Source: Malacoraja senta
Taxonomy: Eukaryota
Direction: 5' to 3'
DNA: 64,000 bases
Assembly: GCA_038087875.1 (NCBI GenBank)
Contig: CM075990.1
Coordinates: 7,814,001 to 7,878,000, forward strand
Shown here: positions 23,466 to 36,000 of the stretch, piece after piece
Position numbering within the stretch: position 1 is the first letter of the stretch
Layout: the number at the start of each line of letters is the position of its first letter
Program-made: the position numbers and the translations under genes
Notes under the pieces: generated by a model
The model's database searches: none
Told to the model about the DNA's origin: nothing
What the model saw: only the letters and a program-made list of their open reading frames with translations

Positions 23466-24178
23466 AGTGAGTTATAGGACAGTGAGCCCATCCTTGCTGT
23501 GTTCATTGAGGTTGGCTGATATACACACTGGGGGAATTACTGTAATTTTAAGAGATATTGGGGCCTTTTCCCTACTTAACAAGAATGATGAGACAACGGT
23601 TTTGGGGAAGGGAAGACGTTTCTAGCTTTGACAACGTTTTTTCTCTTTTTCCCTTAAGATGTCATGATTGCTTATTTACAATGCTGAAGGCATGAATTAT
23701 CAACAATTTCATATTATTTTACTTGCTGCAAATTAGAGAGCCCTAGGATTCAGCCTGGGCTTTAAGTAGTTGAAGACATGGGAGCTGGTATATGGCTGGG
23801 GAAATGGAAACTAATTTCAGAAATAATTATTTCAGTGAGAGAGTTGTCAGTTTATGGACAGGCACCCCAGAGAGATGGAGGGAACAGAAAGCATAAATTC
23901 AATTAAATGTTAATGTCATTATTTTGGGATCCAGTTTGAGTAATTTGATGTCACACGTTTGGAGGAGCGGAGATTTTGGATCCTCTGAATCTTTAAGCTC
24001 TGGCACTACTATTTTCATCCATTGTTTAGGTCTGATGGAGTTTGATCACCGCCAGCTTGAAGCAGCGACACAACCTCTTTGATGTAGGATGAATGTCCCA
24101 AAGCTTTTTCAAAGGAACTATAACCCAAATATTAACATTTGTCACGGGTTTGCAATTCCCCGATTTCCTTTAATGAAA

Positions 24179-24530
24179 AGGACCTGTCCCACTTTCCTCA
24201 GCTATTCACGAATTCTCCCGAGTTTTTCAAACTCGCAGAATGTTCGTAACGAGCCCGTAGGAGTCCGTGGATATATCGTAGCGGCTCGTTATGCCAGCCA
24301 TAGGTACTCGGGGCATCAGGTAAGTCGGGACGTTTTTTCAGCCCGATGAAAAATGTCCACGAGTTTTAAAAAAAGCCCCGAGTACCTACGGCTGGCGTAA
24401 CGAGCCGCTACGATATATCCACGGCCTCCTACGGACTCGTTACGAACATTCTGCAAGTTTGAAAATTCGGAAGAATTCGTGAATAACTCAGGAGAATTTG
24501 TGAATAACTCGGGAAAATGGGACAGGCCCG
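24179..24530. mobile_element. Near-fully palindromic MITE, same TIR family
   Basis: Ends cctgtcccac / tgggacaggccc; arms complementary over most of the length (gaatgttcgtaacgagcccgtagga vs cctacggactcgttacgaacattc). Confidence 0.75.
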
Positions 24531-25815
24531 AAACTCTTCTTGATGTATGGTTCAAGTTTCAAGAAGCGTCTCAATGAAGGTAGGTGATAGAGGTTTGTAG
24601 AGGGAATTGCAAAACCTTGTTAACTGAAGGAAAGCCTGCGATGGGGAGCTAACATCTCGAAATGGAAGTGCTGGTGAGTGGTGAATTGGATTTGGTGGCT
24701 GAAGGAGATGAGATATGGGGAGGGTGTGCTTTGGATGGATACAGACGCTTTAAAAGATCTAATAGAGTTTTGCATGCTAATGTTAACAAACCCATGTGCA
24801 GTGAAAAGAGGAACAGAAAGCGTTGCTGCCTGGCCCGTTGAATTTCCTCACACCTTTGCTCAAGATCCTAGCATCTGCAGTCTCCTGTTTCTCCGTACAT
24901 GGCATAACTATCTCTGGTATGCTTGGTGGCGGACTGGTGGATTTTCCAAACTATTTGATATTATTACTTTTTATACCTCAAGATGTTTTCAATAATAAAT
25001 ACTGACACAGTGTTTATTAATTTTCCAGTCAACTCGGCAAGTTTCAGGGAAACAAGAGTTAGTTTCCTGGGAGAATGAAAAAGCTTACCCGATGGACTAA
25101 GTGCACAACCATTGGGACTTCCCAATAGTGAAATGGTGGATTGCAGTGGAGGGGTAAAAGGCACAGTATATGGATCTTGGTCTTTTTGGATTGAGGCTTC
25201 AAGCTGCAGGCAATGAGCCATGAAGTATACACAGATTTGGTATCTTATCTTCGTCCCTGATTGGGCAAAGTTTGGGCATCTCTACTCTGAGTTTTGCTAA
25301 ACAGCCAAGTGGTTGTCGTGGATCTCAGCAAAGGAAAACCTCCAAACTTTCCTGGATTGATGACTCAATCTGTATGTTGAAATGTTCATTAACTATTCAA
25401 GTAGAAACTTTCTCTGTCATTTTTCAATTCTTATGGTTATAATGCAATTTTACCCTCATCTCACAGAGCCATTTAAATGTAATGAAAGGTTCACATGGGT
25501 TAAACATCATTAGTAAAAACTCAGGTGTTTTAAAATAATTGTCATTTTTCTAACATAAATAAGTTGTGCGCATGTCATTATCAGGTTGGCTGATTGGTAT
25601 AATAGGATAAATTACTGATAATGTATTTGCTAAAGTGATAGATTTAAAAAAAAAAGTGAATTGAGAGTATCATAAAGGAAAATAGGCTTTGGAGCAATAT
25701 TGTTCAAAAACATCAGTAGCCAGGCTGAAAATATCAGGCTGCAAGGAAGGCTTGAAAATAAAGTTCAGAACTTTCTCATCAGAATAATTTATTAGGCCAG
25801 AAAGAAAGTCATCTT

Positions 25816-27969
25816 ACATAGAAACATAGAAAATAGGTGCAGGAGTAGGCCATTCGGCCCTTCGAGCCTGCACAGCCATTCGATATGATCATGGCTGATC
25901 ATCCAACTCGGTATCCCATCCCTGCCTTCTCTCCATACCCCCTGATCCCTTTAGCCACAAGGGCCACATCTAACTCCCTCTTAAATATAGCCAATGAACT
26001 GGCCTCAACTACCTTCTGTGGCAGAGAATTCCACAGATTCACCACTCTCTGTGTAAAAAATGATTTTCTCATCTCGGTCCTAAAAGACTTCCCCCTTATC
26101 CTTAAACTGTGACCCCTAGTTCTGGACTTCCCCAACATCGGGAATAATCTTCCTGCATCTAGCCTGTCGAACCACTTAAGAATTTTGTAAGTTTCTATAA
26201 AATCCCCCCTCAATCTTCTAAATTCTAGCGTGTACAAGCCGAGTCTATCCAGTCTTTCTTCATATGAAAGTCCTGCCATCCCAGGAATCTGTCTGGTGAA
26301 CCTTCTCTGTACTCCCTCTATGGCAAGAATGTCTTTCCTCAGATTAGGAGACCAAAACTGTACGCAATATTCCAGGTGTGGTCTCACCAAGACCCTGTAC
26401 AACTGCAGTAGAACCTCCCTGCTCTTATACTCAAATCCTTTTGCTATGAATGCTAACATACCATTTGCTTTCTTCACTGCCTGCTGCACCTGCATCCCTA
26501 CTTTCAATGACTGGTGTACCATGACACCCAGGTCTCGTTGCATCTCCCCTTTTCCTAATCGGCCACCATTCAGATAATAGTCTACTTTCCTGTTTTTGCC
26601 ACCAAAATGGATAACCTCACATTTATCCACATTATACTGCATCTACCATGCATTTGCCCACTCACCCAACCTATTCAAGTCACCTTGCAGCCTCCTAGCA
26701 TCCTCCTCACAGCTAACACTGCCCCCCCAGCTTCGTGTCATCCGCAAACTTGGAGATGTTGCATTCAATTTCCTCATCCAGATCATTAATATATATTGTA
26801 AATAGCTGGGGTCCCAGCACTGAGCCTTGCGGTACCCCACTAGTCACTGCCTGCCATTCTGAAAAGGACCCGTTTACTCCTACTCTTTGCTTCCTGTCTG
26901 CCAGCCAGTTCTCTATCCACATCAATACTGAACCCCCAATACCGTGTGCTTTAAGTTTGCATACTAATCTCTTATGTGGGACCTTGTCGAAAGCCTTCTG
27001 AAAGTCCAGATATAACACATCCACTGGTTCTCCCTTATCCACTCGACTAGTTACATCCTCGAAAAATTCTATAAGATTCGTCAGACATGATTTACCTTTC
27101 ATAAATCCATGCTGACTTTGTCCAATGAATTCACCACTTTCCAAATGTGCTGCTATCCCATCTTTAATAACTGACTCCAGAATTTTCCCCACCACCGATG
27201 TTAGACTAACTGGTCTGTAATTCCCCGTTTTCTCTCTCCCTCCCTTTTTAAAAAGTGGGGTTACATTAGCTACCCTCCAGTCCTCAGGAACTACTCCAGA
27301 ATCTAAAGAGTTTTGAAAAATTATCACTAATGCATCCACTATTTCTGCGGCTACTTCCTTAAGTACTCTGGGATGCAACTTATCTGGCCCTGGGGATTTA
27401 TCGGCCTTTAATCCATTCAATTTACCTAACACCAGTTCCCGGCTAACCTGGATTTCACTCAGTTCCTCCATCTCATTTAACCCCCATTCCCTTGCTATTT
27501 CCGGCAGATTATTTATGTCTTCCTTAGTGAAGACAGAACCAAAGTAGTTATTCAATTGGTCTGCCATGTCCTTGTTCCCCATGATCAATTCGCCTGTTTC
27601 TGACTGCAAGGGACCTACATTTGTTTTAACTAATCTTTTCCTCTTCACATATCTATAAAAACTTTTGGAGTCAGTTTTTATGTTCCCTGCCAGTTTTCTT
27701 TCATAATCTATTTTCCCTTTCCTAATTAAGCCTTTTGTCCTCCTCTGCTGGACTCTAAATTTCTCCCAGTCCTCTGGTAGGCTGCTTTTTCTGGCTAATT
27801 TGTACGCTTCATCTTTTGTTTTGATACTATCCCTGATTTCCCTTGTTATCCACGGATGCACTACCTTCCCCGATTCATTCTTTTGCCAAACTAGGATGAA
27901 CAATTGTTGTAGTTCATCCCTGCAGTTTTTAAATGCCTTCCATTGCATATCCACCGTCAACCCTTTCAG
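25816..27969 (-). mobile_element. 5'-truncated CR1-clade LINE (ORF2 reverse transcriptase and 3' end), frameshifted
   Basis: ORFs 26713-27972 and 25899-26642 contain [62 protein letters not shown]; 3' tail (TATGTTTC)n; frameshifts near 26720 and 26642. Confidence 0.95.
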
Positions 27970-28689
27970 CACTCCACGGATCAGGCAGCATCTCTGGAGA
28001 ATAGGAACGTGACGTTTCCTGTCGGCGTCGCCGGCTGTATTCCTCTAGTATCTTTGATTGCGCGGCAAAGATACTAGGTGCAGGGTGACGAACAGCGGCA
28101 GCAGCGGCTCCACCGCCTCCTCCTCCCGCACCCCGCCCAGCGGAAGGAGGCCTCCCTCTCCCTCCATCCCTCCTCCCGGCCTCGGCGTGCGAGAGGGGTT
28201 GTTTTGAAAGCGGCATTAGTGGATTTGCAGGCAGCGGCCGCTATCGCCCTGATAACGGCAGCTGCCTGCAAATCCGCCAACGGCGCTTTCAAAACAACCC
28301 CTCCCGCACGCCGAGGCCGGTAGGAGGGAGGGGGAGGCCTCCTTCTGCCATCTGAAGCAGCTGCACCAAAGATCCTATAGTAGGAGGGAGGAGGGGAGGC
28401 GGTGGCACTTTGGCGTTGGACAGGGACGGCCAAGGCAGCGGGGCGATGTTGTCCGAGGAGCGCTGACCTTCCTTCCTCCCCACCTCCTCTGCCCCTTCCC
28501 CCCTCTCTTTCTCTCTCTTGTACGCCCCCCTCCACCCCTCTTATCCTGGGACCCCTCCTCTCCATCCCGCACTGATCCCCATTCCCTCTATTCAGTCCTC
28601 ACTGACATCCCCTGTGCTCCCCTCCCCAACTACCCCCCCCAATCTATTCATCACCATACCCACCTCGCATTGATTCTCCTGCCATACCC

Positions 28690-29350
28690 ACCCCCCCCCC
28701 CCCATCCATCCTACATTGGTCCCCCAATTCATCCTGTACTGACCCCCCTTCCCATCCATCCTGCACTTCTCCCCCCCATTCATACTGCACTGATCCTCCC
28801 ATTCATCGCGTACTGACCCACCCTCCATTTACCCTGCACCAATCCCCCCATCCATCCTGTAGTGATCTACCCATTCATCTTTTACTGATCCCCCATTCAT
28901 CCTGTACTGATCCCCTCATGCATCCTGTACTGTGTCCCCCATTCATCCTGTACTGATCTCCCATTCATCCTAAACTGATCCCCTAATTCATCCTGTAGTG
29001 ATCCCCTCATTCATCCTGTAGTGATCTTCCATTCATCCTGCACAGACCCTCCGATCCACACTGTCCTGACCCCTCCCCCATTCATCCTGTACTGATTTCC
29101 CCCCATTCATCCTGGGCTGACCCCCCCCCATCTATCCTGCACTGAACCACCATTCAAGAAGAATGGGGGGAACAGTCTGAAGAATGGTCTCGACCCAAAA
29201 TGTTGCCTATTTCCTTTGCTCCATAGATGCTGCCTCACCTGCTGAATTTCTCCAACATTTTTGTCTACCCCCATTCATCCTGTACTGAACCCCCCATTCA
29301 TCCTGTACTGATCCCCCCCCCAACCATCCCGTACTGATCCCCCCCATTCA
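28690..29350. repeat. ~21-bp degenerate minisatellite inside hAT-like copy A
   Basis: (cccccattcatcctgtactgat)n; complementary array at ~31720-32170 in copy B. Confidence 0.85.
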
Positions 29351-30140
29351 ACACCACTGACATCCCCCGTGCTCTCCCCTCACAATTTTACTTACTCCAA
29401 CCAACACGTACTAATTCACCTGCCTCAATCCATCCATTCCGCACCGATTGCCTTCTCAACCCCCGCCATCTATCCACCCCGCACTGATTCACACATCCCC
29501 TGACCCTATTGTGCTTCATGGTCTTCAGAGTGAACATTGACTATGTTTGATAACGAAATGCAATCAAATGTGTTTTTATTCCCAATGTTATTATTTGTTT
29601 TGACACCTTTAAACATATTACTAAAAGAACATTTGCTGCAGTTATGTCCTTTGGCCATCTCTTGTCAGTTAGTGTAATGTTTAACCTGTCAGATGGGTAT
29701 AGTCGGCTTTAACAGCTATTATCATAAAATGCCTTTAGAAATTTCCTTGCAACCTGTATATTTTGTTATGGATAAATTATGTGGGAAGCCAGAGTGTTTC
29801 TGTGTCAATAGCAATAACGACCCATGCTATGACCATGTCATGGTAATTTTCAGTCCTTCACAGAAAACATGCTTGCATCAATCTGTAGTGTGTATGGTTA
29901 AGCATATATGTTACCATGGTTCAGGATTTATTGACACGGGTTGATCATATGCTGAATAATCAACCACATTTTTGTTTGGAAGTGGAAAGAACTAATAGAA
30001 ATTGCATTAATTGCAATGTGTAAAAAGAGTTGAGATATTGTATTATAATTTTGCTGCATGTCATTGTGGTATATATCATGTCTTGATTGGTGAATATGTT
30101 TAGTTTGTGAGTTATTTGAAGCAGAAATAATATGTGAATG

Positions 30141-30357
30141 TAGACAAAAGTGCTGGAGAAACTCAGCAGATGCGGCAGCATCTATGGAGCGAAGGAAATA
30201 GGCAACGTTTCGGGCCGAAACCCTTCTTCAGACTGATGGGTTTCGGCCTGAAACGTTGCCTATTTCCTTCGCTCCATAGATGCTGCTGCACCCGCTGAGT
30301 TTCTCCAGCACTTTTGTCTACCATCGATTTTCCAGCATTTGCATTTCCTTCTTGAAC
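30141..30357. mobile_element. Penelope-terminal-repeat palindrome inserted in hAT-like copy A
   Basis: Head-to-head arms; 14-bp duplication ATAATATGTGAATG (30127-30140; second copy split by element B). Confidence 0.8.
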
Positions 30358-30365
30358 ATAATATG

Positions 30366-33047
30366 CAGGGCTCTCGCTTAACTTTTTTCCTGTTGCCAGC
30401 CGGGCAACCTTGGCAGCTTTTTAGGGTTGCCAAATGACAGTTTAGGTGGTCATTTAAGATGGCTTGCATAACGCGTGCGATAATGTGCTCGGACGAAGTG
30501 CGTAGTTACCAGTCGGAATTATACTCAATGAAGCATTCACATATTATTTCTGCTTCAAATAAAATCACAAACTAAACATATTCACCAATCAAGACATGAT
30601 ATATCCCACAATGACATGCAGCAAAATTATAAGACAGTATGTCAACTCTTTTTACACATTAATACAATTTCTATTAGTTCTTTCGACTTCTAAACAAACA
30701 TGTGGTTGGATTATTCAGCGTATGATCAACCTGTGTCAATAAATCCTGGACCATGGTAACATATATGCTTAACCATGCACACTACAGATTGATGCAAGCA
30801 TGTTTTCTGTGAAGGACCGAAAATTATAACATGGCCATAGCATGGGTCGTTAATGCTATTGGTACAGAAACACTCTCGCTTCCCACATAATTTATCCACA
30901 ACAAAATATACAGGTTGCAAGGAAATTTCTATGATATTTTTATGATAATTGCTGTTAAAACCGACTATACCCATCTGACAGGTTAAACATTACACTAGTT
31001 GACGAGATGGCCAAAGGACATAACTGTTCTTTTGGTAATATATTTAAGGGTGTCAAGGCGCCACATTACCGGACATTCAGATTAAATGTACGTGTTGTGA
31101 ACAGCAATGAAGATACCCAGTTTGTAAGCACCAGATTTAAAAAAAATTATTGATAAACGCTGTTTCCATCATTCCCACTTCAGAATTAACGTTAAAATTT
31201 CAACTGAAATATCTCCTGACCAAATATGTGATGTATATGATTGACTGTAGAAGTAAAACATGGATAAATCCAATGTATAGTTGTGAATGTTGCTCATTAA
31301 GTAACTACAGTACTGATACACCATATTAAGAGCATTAATTTGCCGTTAAAATGAATTCTGTAATAACGTGTCAACGGCAGCAGTGACAATCGAACACTGC
31401 GGTTTTAATGTTTCACGTGTTCACAATTTAATTAATCCATCTTTATGGATTAAAACAAATTATAACATTGGGAATTAAAACACATTTGATTGCATTCCGA
31501 TATGTTCAGAATGTTCGCTCTGAAGACATTTCCAGCACAATAGGGTCAGGGAGGGGGGTGTGTGTGAATCAGTGGGGGGTGGATAGATGGCAGGGGTGGG
31601 GGGGGGGGGGATTAAAAGACAGTCGGTGCAGAATGGATGGATTGAGGCAGGTGAATTAGTACGTGTTGGTTGGAGTAGGTAAAATTGTGAGGGGAGAGCA
31701 CGGGGGATGTCAGTGGTGTTGAATGGGGGTTCAGTACGGGATGGATGGGGGTAGATAAAAGTGCTGGAGAAACTCAGCGGGTGAGGCAGCATCTATGGAG
31801 CGAAGGAAATAGGCAACGTTTCGGGTCGAGACCCTTCTTCAGACTGTTCCCCTCATTCTTCTTGAATGGGAGGATCAGTATAGAATGGATGGGGGGGAGA
31901 TCAGCGCAGGATGAACGGGGGGGGGGGGGGGTCAGTACAGTGTGGATCGGAGGGTCTGTGCAGGATGAATGGGGGATCACTACAGGATGAATAAGGGGAA
32001 GGTGCAGGGTAAATGGAGGGTGGGTCAGTACGGGATGAATGCGTGGATTAGTACAGGATGGATGGGGGATCAGTACAGGATGGATGGAGGAGAAGTGCAG
32101 GATGGATGGGAAGGGGGGTAAGTACAGGATGAATTGGGGGGGACCAGTGTAGGATGGATGGGGGGGGTGGCAGGAGAATCAATGCGAGGTGGATACGGTG
32201 ATCAGCACAGGATGAATAGATGGGGGGGGGGGGGTGGTTGATGGGGAGGGGAGCACAGGGATGTCAGTGAGGACTGAATAGAGGAGGGAATGGGGATCAG
32301 TGTGGGATGATGAGGAGGGGTCCCAGGATAAAGGGGGGCGTACAAGAGAGAGAGAGAGGGGGGGGGCGGGGAGAGGTGGGGAGGAAGGAAGGTCAGCTGA
32401 CAACATCGCCCCGCTGCCTTGGCCATTGGGGACTCCTCGCCACCGCCTCCCTCCTCCGCCAGCCAACAGCAAGGTGCGAGGCCGAGCGGTGCAGCTCAAA
32501 GATCCTATAGCTATAAGATCTTTGGTGCAGCTGCTTCAGAAAGGTCGGAGCGAATGACGGACCCCGAACCGCGGCAGCAGCAGCTCCATCTCCTCCTCCC
32601 GCCCCCCGCCCGCCCTGATAAGGGCCTCTGCTTGCAAACCCGATAACGGTGCTTTTAAAACAAACTCTCCCGCACGCCGAGGCCTCCCTCTGCGTGCGAG
32701 ACGGTTTGTTTTCAAAGCGCCGTTAGCGGGTTTGCAAGCAGAGGTGTGCGGGGGGAGGAGGAGATGGAGCCGCTGCTGCTGCTGTTCGGGGCCCGTCATT
32801 CGCTCCGACCCTTCCTCACCCTGCACTGTGTATCTTTGCCCCGCACGGCCGTCGCCGCCGACACAAAACGTCACGTTCCTTTTCTCCAGAGATGCTGCCT
32901 GACCCGCGGAGTTACTCCAGTTTTTTGTGTCTACGGTACAAACCAGTATCTGGTTGCCAAGCCGGGCAAAATGACTCGGTGTTTTGGTTGCCCGGCGGTG
33001 CTTTGACTGGTCTGGGGCACCCGGGCAACCGCTAATTTCGAGCTCTG
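30366..33047. mobile_element. Inner, apparently complete copy (B) of the same non-autonomous hAT-like element, inverted relative to A
   Basis: Imperfect TIRs CAGGGCTCTCGCTTAAC / GCTAATTTCGAGCTCTG; subterminal GGTTGCC/GGCAACC repeats at both ends; flanks ATATG (30361-30365) and TTATG (33048-33052); no transposase ORF. hAT assignment rests on the CAGGG end and subterminal repeats only. Confidence 0.75.
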
Positions 33048-36000
33048 TTATGTGAATGCTTCATTGAGCATAATTCCGACTGGAAACTACGCACTTCGTC
33101 CGAGCACATTATCGCACGCGTCATGCAAACCGTCTTAAATGACCACCTAAACTGTCATTTGGCAACCTAAAAAGCTGTCAAGGTTGCCCGGCTAGCAACA
33201 GGGGAAAAAAGTTAAGCACGAGCCCTTGCCTGTCCCGCTGAATTACTCCAGCATTTTGTGTCTACGTTTGATTTAAACCAGCATCGACAGGTCTTTCCTA
33301 CCTAGAGTACATTCTTTGCTCATCTTTATATTTCCCGTTTGTTTCAACTTTTCCCTGCCCCTGAAATTTCCTCCTACTTTATGCTCCCCACTGTCAATGA
33401 GCTTATTTTTGTTATTCCTTCATTTCTTTAACAGCTTTGCCCTCGTTCTTTCACTTTCATCTCTTAAGGTTACATATTGATCCATTGACTCCTTTTCACT
33501 TTCCAATTCTTTTTTCCTTTGCCCCACTGTTGCATGTACCACAGACATGAAAATACAGCGTTTGCATACATCATGTAGAACTATATTAGAATCAAGTTGT
33601 GTTTCATGAGCCTCCATGATCATATTGAGTGGGAAAGCTAATTGGGGAAAGTTTGTGTTTACAGAGAATTAGAAAAGATTTGTTGTATTCCTTTAGATTC
33701 TGTTCAGTATCTCACAGGCATTTTACTACTAATGAAGCTCTAATCAAATACAGCCATTGTTATAATGTAGGAAATGAGCAAAAATGTGTACAGTAAGCTC
33801 CCGCAAAGTAATAATCAGAAAGGTTTTGTTTGTGGGAGGGTGATTGTGACTTTCTCAATGCCCCGAGGTTGTTGGTTGTGCTCGCCCAAAAAGTTTCTTC
33901 CAGCGGGACCCAGTCTTGTGCCTAAAGCCCATCACTTACGTTCTCATTGCCATGCAAACTCTAGTTATCTCAACAGAGGTGGGCTACTGCATTAGAATTT
34001 TTTTTGGCAGCCAATTGGGTTCTGCACCCATGCTCTGGAAAGCATTTTTGGGTTATCTGCAATGCCAACTTTGCGCTACCATTTGGGGTTGTCCATTTTT
34101 GTAAAAGACAGAAAATGTATAAATATATACTTATTTTAGACAAACTGCACTAAAACAATTTTTTAAATAAAAACAGATAAAAAACTACTGGTCTGTCTTG
34201 CAGTAACTAATGGTTCCTATAGATTTCAATGTGATCTGCTAAGCTTGCCCAGGTTAAGTCTGACAAAGGATGTGCGGACAAAATTTTAAACCTGAGAACT
34301 GTGAAATCTGTTGGAGTCTGACTGCTTCTCTTTTTGGCCTCAGTGACGGTTTGAAATTTCAAAACCATTTTTATATTTGGGGTAATAACAAAAATCAACT
34401 GAGCAAGTAGAATTCCACAGTAGTTGTCCGTAATATATTCTCGATCAGGTCAGTTAGCCAACATATTTCTCAACATACAACAGTTCAAGGAAATGACTCG
34501 TGATTTCCTGATCATAGGTGGTAAAAAAAAAATTCAGTAGTGCCAGTAGCACTCAGATACTATAAAGCGATAAGGAAAAATGTTGTCTCCAACTTTTTTT
34601 TGCTCAGTTGCCCATTCTAGTCTGCGGGATCTATCTGGCCAATATTCAAATGTAGCTGGCCTGAAATTGATTGACAAAACGGAGCTTTAGCTATGCAGTT
34701 TCATAATAGGTGTGATTTTTTTTCTTTAATTGAATTTTTAATCTGAATGGACTCTTGTCATTCTTAAGGAACAAGATGCACATTCTTTCAGTAGGCAAGA
34801 CTGATACTTTTAATACAGTTTCAAGTGTTAAGACTTCAGACTCCTGTTTCCAATAATGAAAGCTTGGTTTTAATCCCCTCTTCTACGCTGTGACATTTCC
34901 AAGCACGGTTGTGCCCTGATATAGTTCTCATTATGTAAGGCGCATCCTGAGTTGGTTCATTCAATTAAAAAAAAATCATATGTAGTTACAAGCATCAATT
35001 TTCCTGCAAACAGTGTATGTGTGTGGAATGAAGCATGTTGAAAGGACAATGGGTTCTTTTATCGACCATAGCAGACCTTCGTCAGATCCTGCTGTTGATG
35101 GTGTGACCATTCAGCCATTGGTGCCTGTACCTTCTCCAATCATTCATCGCATTTGGTTCCAGTATCAGGTACATAAGATATAAAAGCAGACGTAAACCAT
35201 TTGTCACTTTAAAGGAGCTCCACCATTCGATAAGATCATGCCTGGTCATCACTTACATTCCTGGATTTCTCCCAAATTGCTTTGTCTTTGGTATTCAAAA
35301 ATCTATTTATATGTTTTCGATATTGTCAGTAACTTTGGTTAGAAGTATTTTGAAGGGACACTCCCAGTTAAGTTAAACAACATCCAACTTGTCAAGCCCC
35401 ATAAATATTTTGTATGTTTCTATTAGTTACCTCTCGTTCTCCCATCGATCCAGTATCCCCACGGGCAATCCTGTTATTTCAGTTATCAATCAAGTAAGCG
35501 CTTGTTGCACTCTTAGTCACAAGTATATTTTTCCTTCGATCGGGAAACCTGACCATTAGCTAGTGTTCCAGTTGCTGTACTCTCGAGCGAGTTGCTTGGA
35601 ATAAATACCTGAACTTTACCTGAATTTAGTGATGAACAATGCGCCATTTGCCTTTTAATGATTTATTGTATTTGCACGTTAACGTTTAGTGATTTCTTTT
35701 GTGTTCCTAAATCTCTCGACCTTAAAAACAAATTATTCTTTTCCTGCATCAAAATGGACAGCTTTGCCTATTTCCATGTTGTTTCATCTACCATGACATT
35801 GCTGGTTATTTTAATCTCTGTAACCCCTTGAAGTTTCTCTGCATTCTCGTCACAACCTTCACTGCTACCCAGATTTGTAACATCAGCTGGATATATTACA
35901 CACTGTCCACCTCATCCAGATATTGTGAACAGTTCTAAGAAAATCACTCTCCCCACAGTGATCAAAACGCTAGTTGGTCACGTTGCCCCCTTCTGTCCTG

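Larger units (their letters stand above)
27971..33227. mobile_element. Outer copy (A) of a non-autonomous hAT-like element; left end lost, interrupted by a Penelope palindrome and by copy B
   Basis: 27971-30140 is the reverse complement of 30533-32910; 33048-33226 is the reverse complement of 30367-30545 and continues A where it broke off (ataatatgtgaatg|cttcattgag); ends in gttaagcacgagccct. Confidence 0.75.

Noticed and set aside
25899..27972. An active, intact LINE
   Set aside because: 5'-truncated (no ORF1 or endonuclease) and broken by two frameshifts.
29693..30974. Two near-identical ~83-aa ORFs on opposite strands (MGIVGFNS...)
   Set aside because: They are the two arms of the nested transposon inverted repeat; no known domain, so the similarity reflects DNA duplication.
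33420..33623. Charged, coiled-coil-like peptide (KKELESEKESMDQYVTLRDESERTRAKLLKK) on the minus strand
   Set aside because: Explained by the pyrimidine-rich plus strand; no recognisable homology or convincing splice sites.
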